This document shows, piece after piece, positions 48,957 to 49,391 of a DNA stretch of 49,391 nucleotides. The translations under genes and the position numbers were made by a program. How positions within the stretch are numbered: position 1 is the stretch's first letter; each line of letters begins with the position of its first letter. The notes under the pieces were generated by a model. It was not told the DNA's origin, did not search any database, and was given only the letters and a program-made list of their open reading frames with translations. Source of the DNA: Octopus bimaculoides (lineage: Eukaryota); assembly GCF_001194135.2 (NCBI RefSeq), contig NC_068996.1:12750535-12799925 (forward strand), read 5' to 3'.

Positions 48957-49391
48957 TATGAGGATAATAACAAAATGCTTAGTCCTACCAACCATAATTT
49001 TAACCAGCAAATAGAATGCAGCAGTAATGATGTTGTGGTTCTAACAGAAGTTGATGATGAGCTCGACTCCAATGAAAATAATAGGAATCAGAGATCTAGA
49101 ATAATTCTAACTGATAGCACATCAAGAAACGAGTTAGGTAATGATGGAAATGATCAATATATACCTAATAGTAGAATTGAGGAATCGACAAATAATATTA
49201 GTGTAAATAATTGTAATAATAATAATAGAGTTTTTAGAAATAATATAGGTGGGGTTGTTAGCACCACCTTGTGCAACTGCAGAAATAAGTCCCATTGTCC
49301 TTTATTAGGAATTTGTTGCACCCGTAACGTAGTGTGCAGATGCATTATTAGTACAATAACCGAGAATTATATTTACATAGGATGTAGTATT
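48957..49391 (+). mobile_element. 5'-truncated Penelope-like retroelement fragment: linker plus N-terminal half of GIY-YIG endonuclease, open to the window end
   Basis: Stop-free frame starting right after (TA)n: ...EDNNKMLSPTNHN...(Asn-rich)...LCNCRNKSHCPLLGICCTRNVVCRCIISTITENYIYIGCSI. CxCx5CPLxGxC followed by VV(Y>C)...YIG is the PLE endonuclease pattern. Missed by the ORF track because there is no stop in the window. Confidence 0.85.

Noticed and set aside
1-49391. Nearly all ORFs in the supplied track (poly-I, poly-N, YIYI, CVCV, HTHT, X-filled)
   Set aside because: They are translations of microsatellites, SINEs or N gaps, with no splice or domain support.

Overview
AT-rich, gapped eukaryotic scaffold dense in microsatellites. 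The SINE and MITE families and the gene sequence point to an octopus or related coleoid cephalopod (inferred from sequence style, not database-checked). The only host gene I can support is the 3' part of an estrogen-related receptor (ERR, NR3B) on the + strand: three ligand-binding-domain exons (10825/10831-10998, 16930-17205, 18518-18759). They have canonical AG/GT sites, phase-1 introns and a continuous frame ending in the AF-2 helix HKLFLEMLEA. The DNA-binding-domain exons are not in the window. The rest is intron, probable 3' UTR and intergenic DNA filled with tRNA-derived SINEs, RTE-like tails, piggyBac-, hAT- and Tc1-type MITEs and one decayed mariner. The most interesting signal is absent from the ORF track: about ten minimal type I hammerhead ribozyme (HHR) motifs from several sequence families, most with short palindromic helix III and most inside 40-135 bp inverted repeats. 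They include a core-intact HHR in sense orientation in an ERR intron (16452-16539), a head-to-head pair with a compensatory G3:C8 swap (17539-17835), and a head-to-head pair whose complementary lesions reconstruct an intact ancestor (16203-16320). A Penelope-like GIY-YIG endonuclease frame runs off the right edge (48957-49391). HHRs in Penelope-like elements are known in general. Whether these fold-back mini-elements are described, or active inside ERR pre-mRNA, cannot be judged from sequence alone. Assembly gaps (N): 9910-9919, 15740-16200, 18849-19796, 22799-23196, 25646-25655, 25961-26180, 36602-36896, 39198-39297, 40387-40980.
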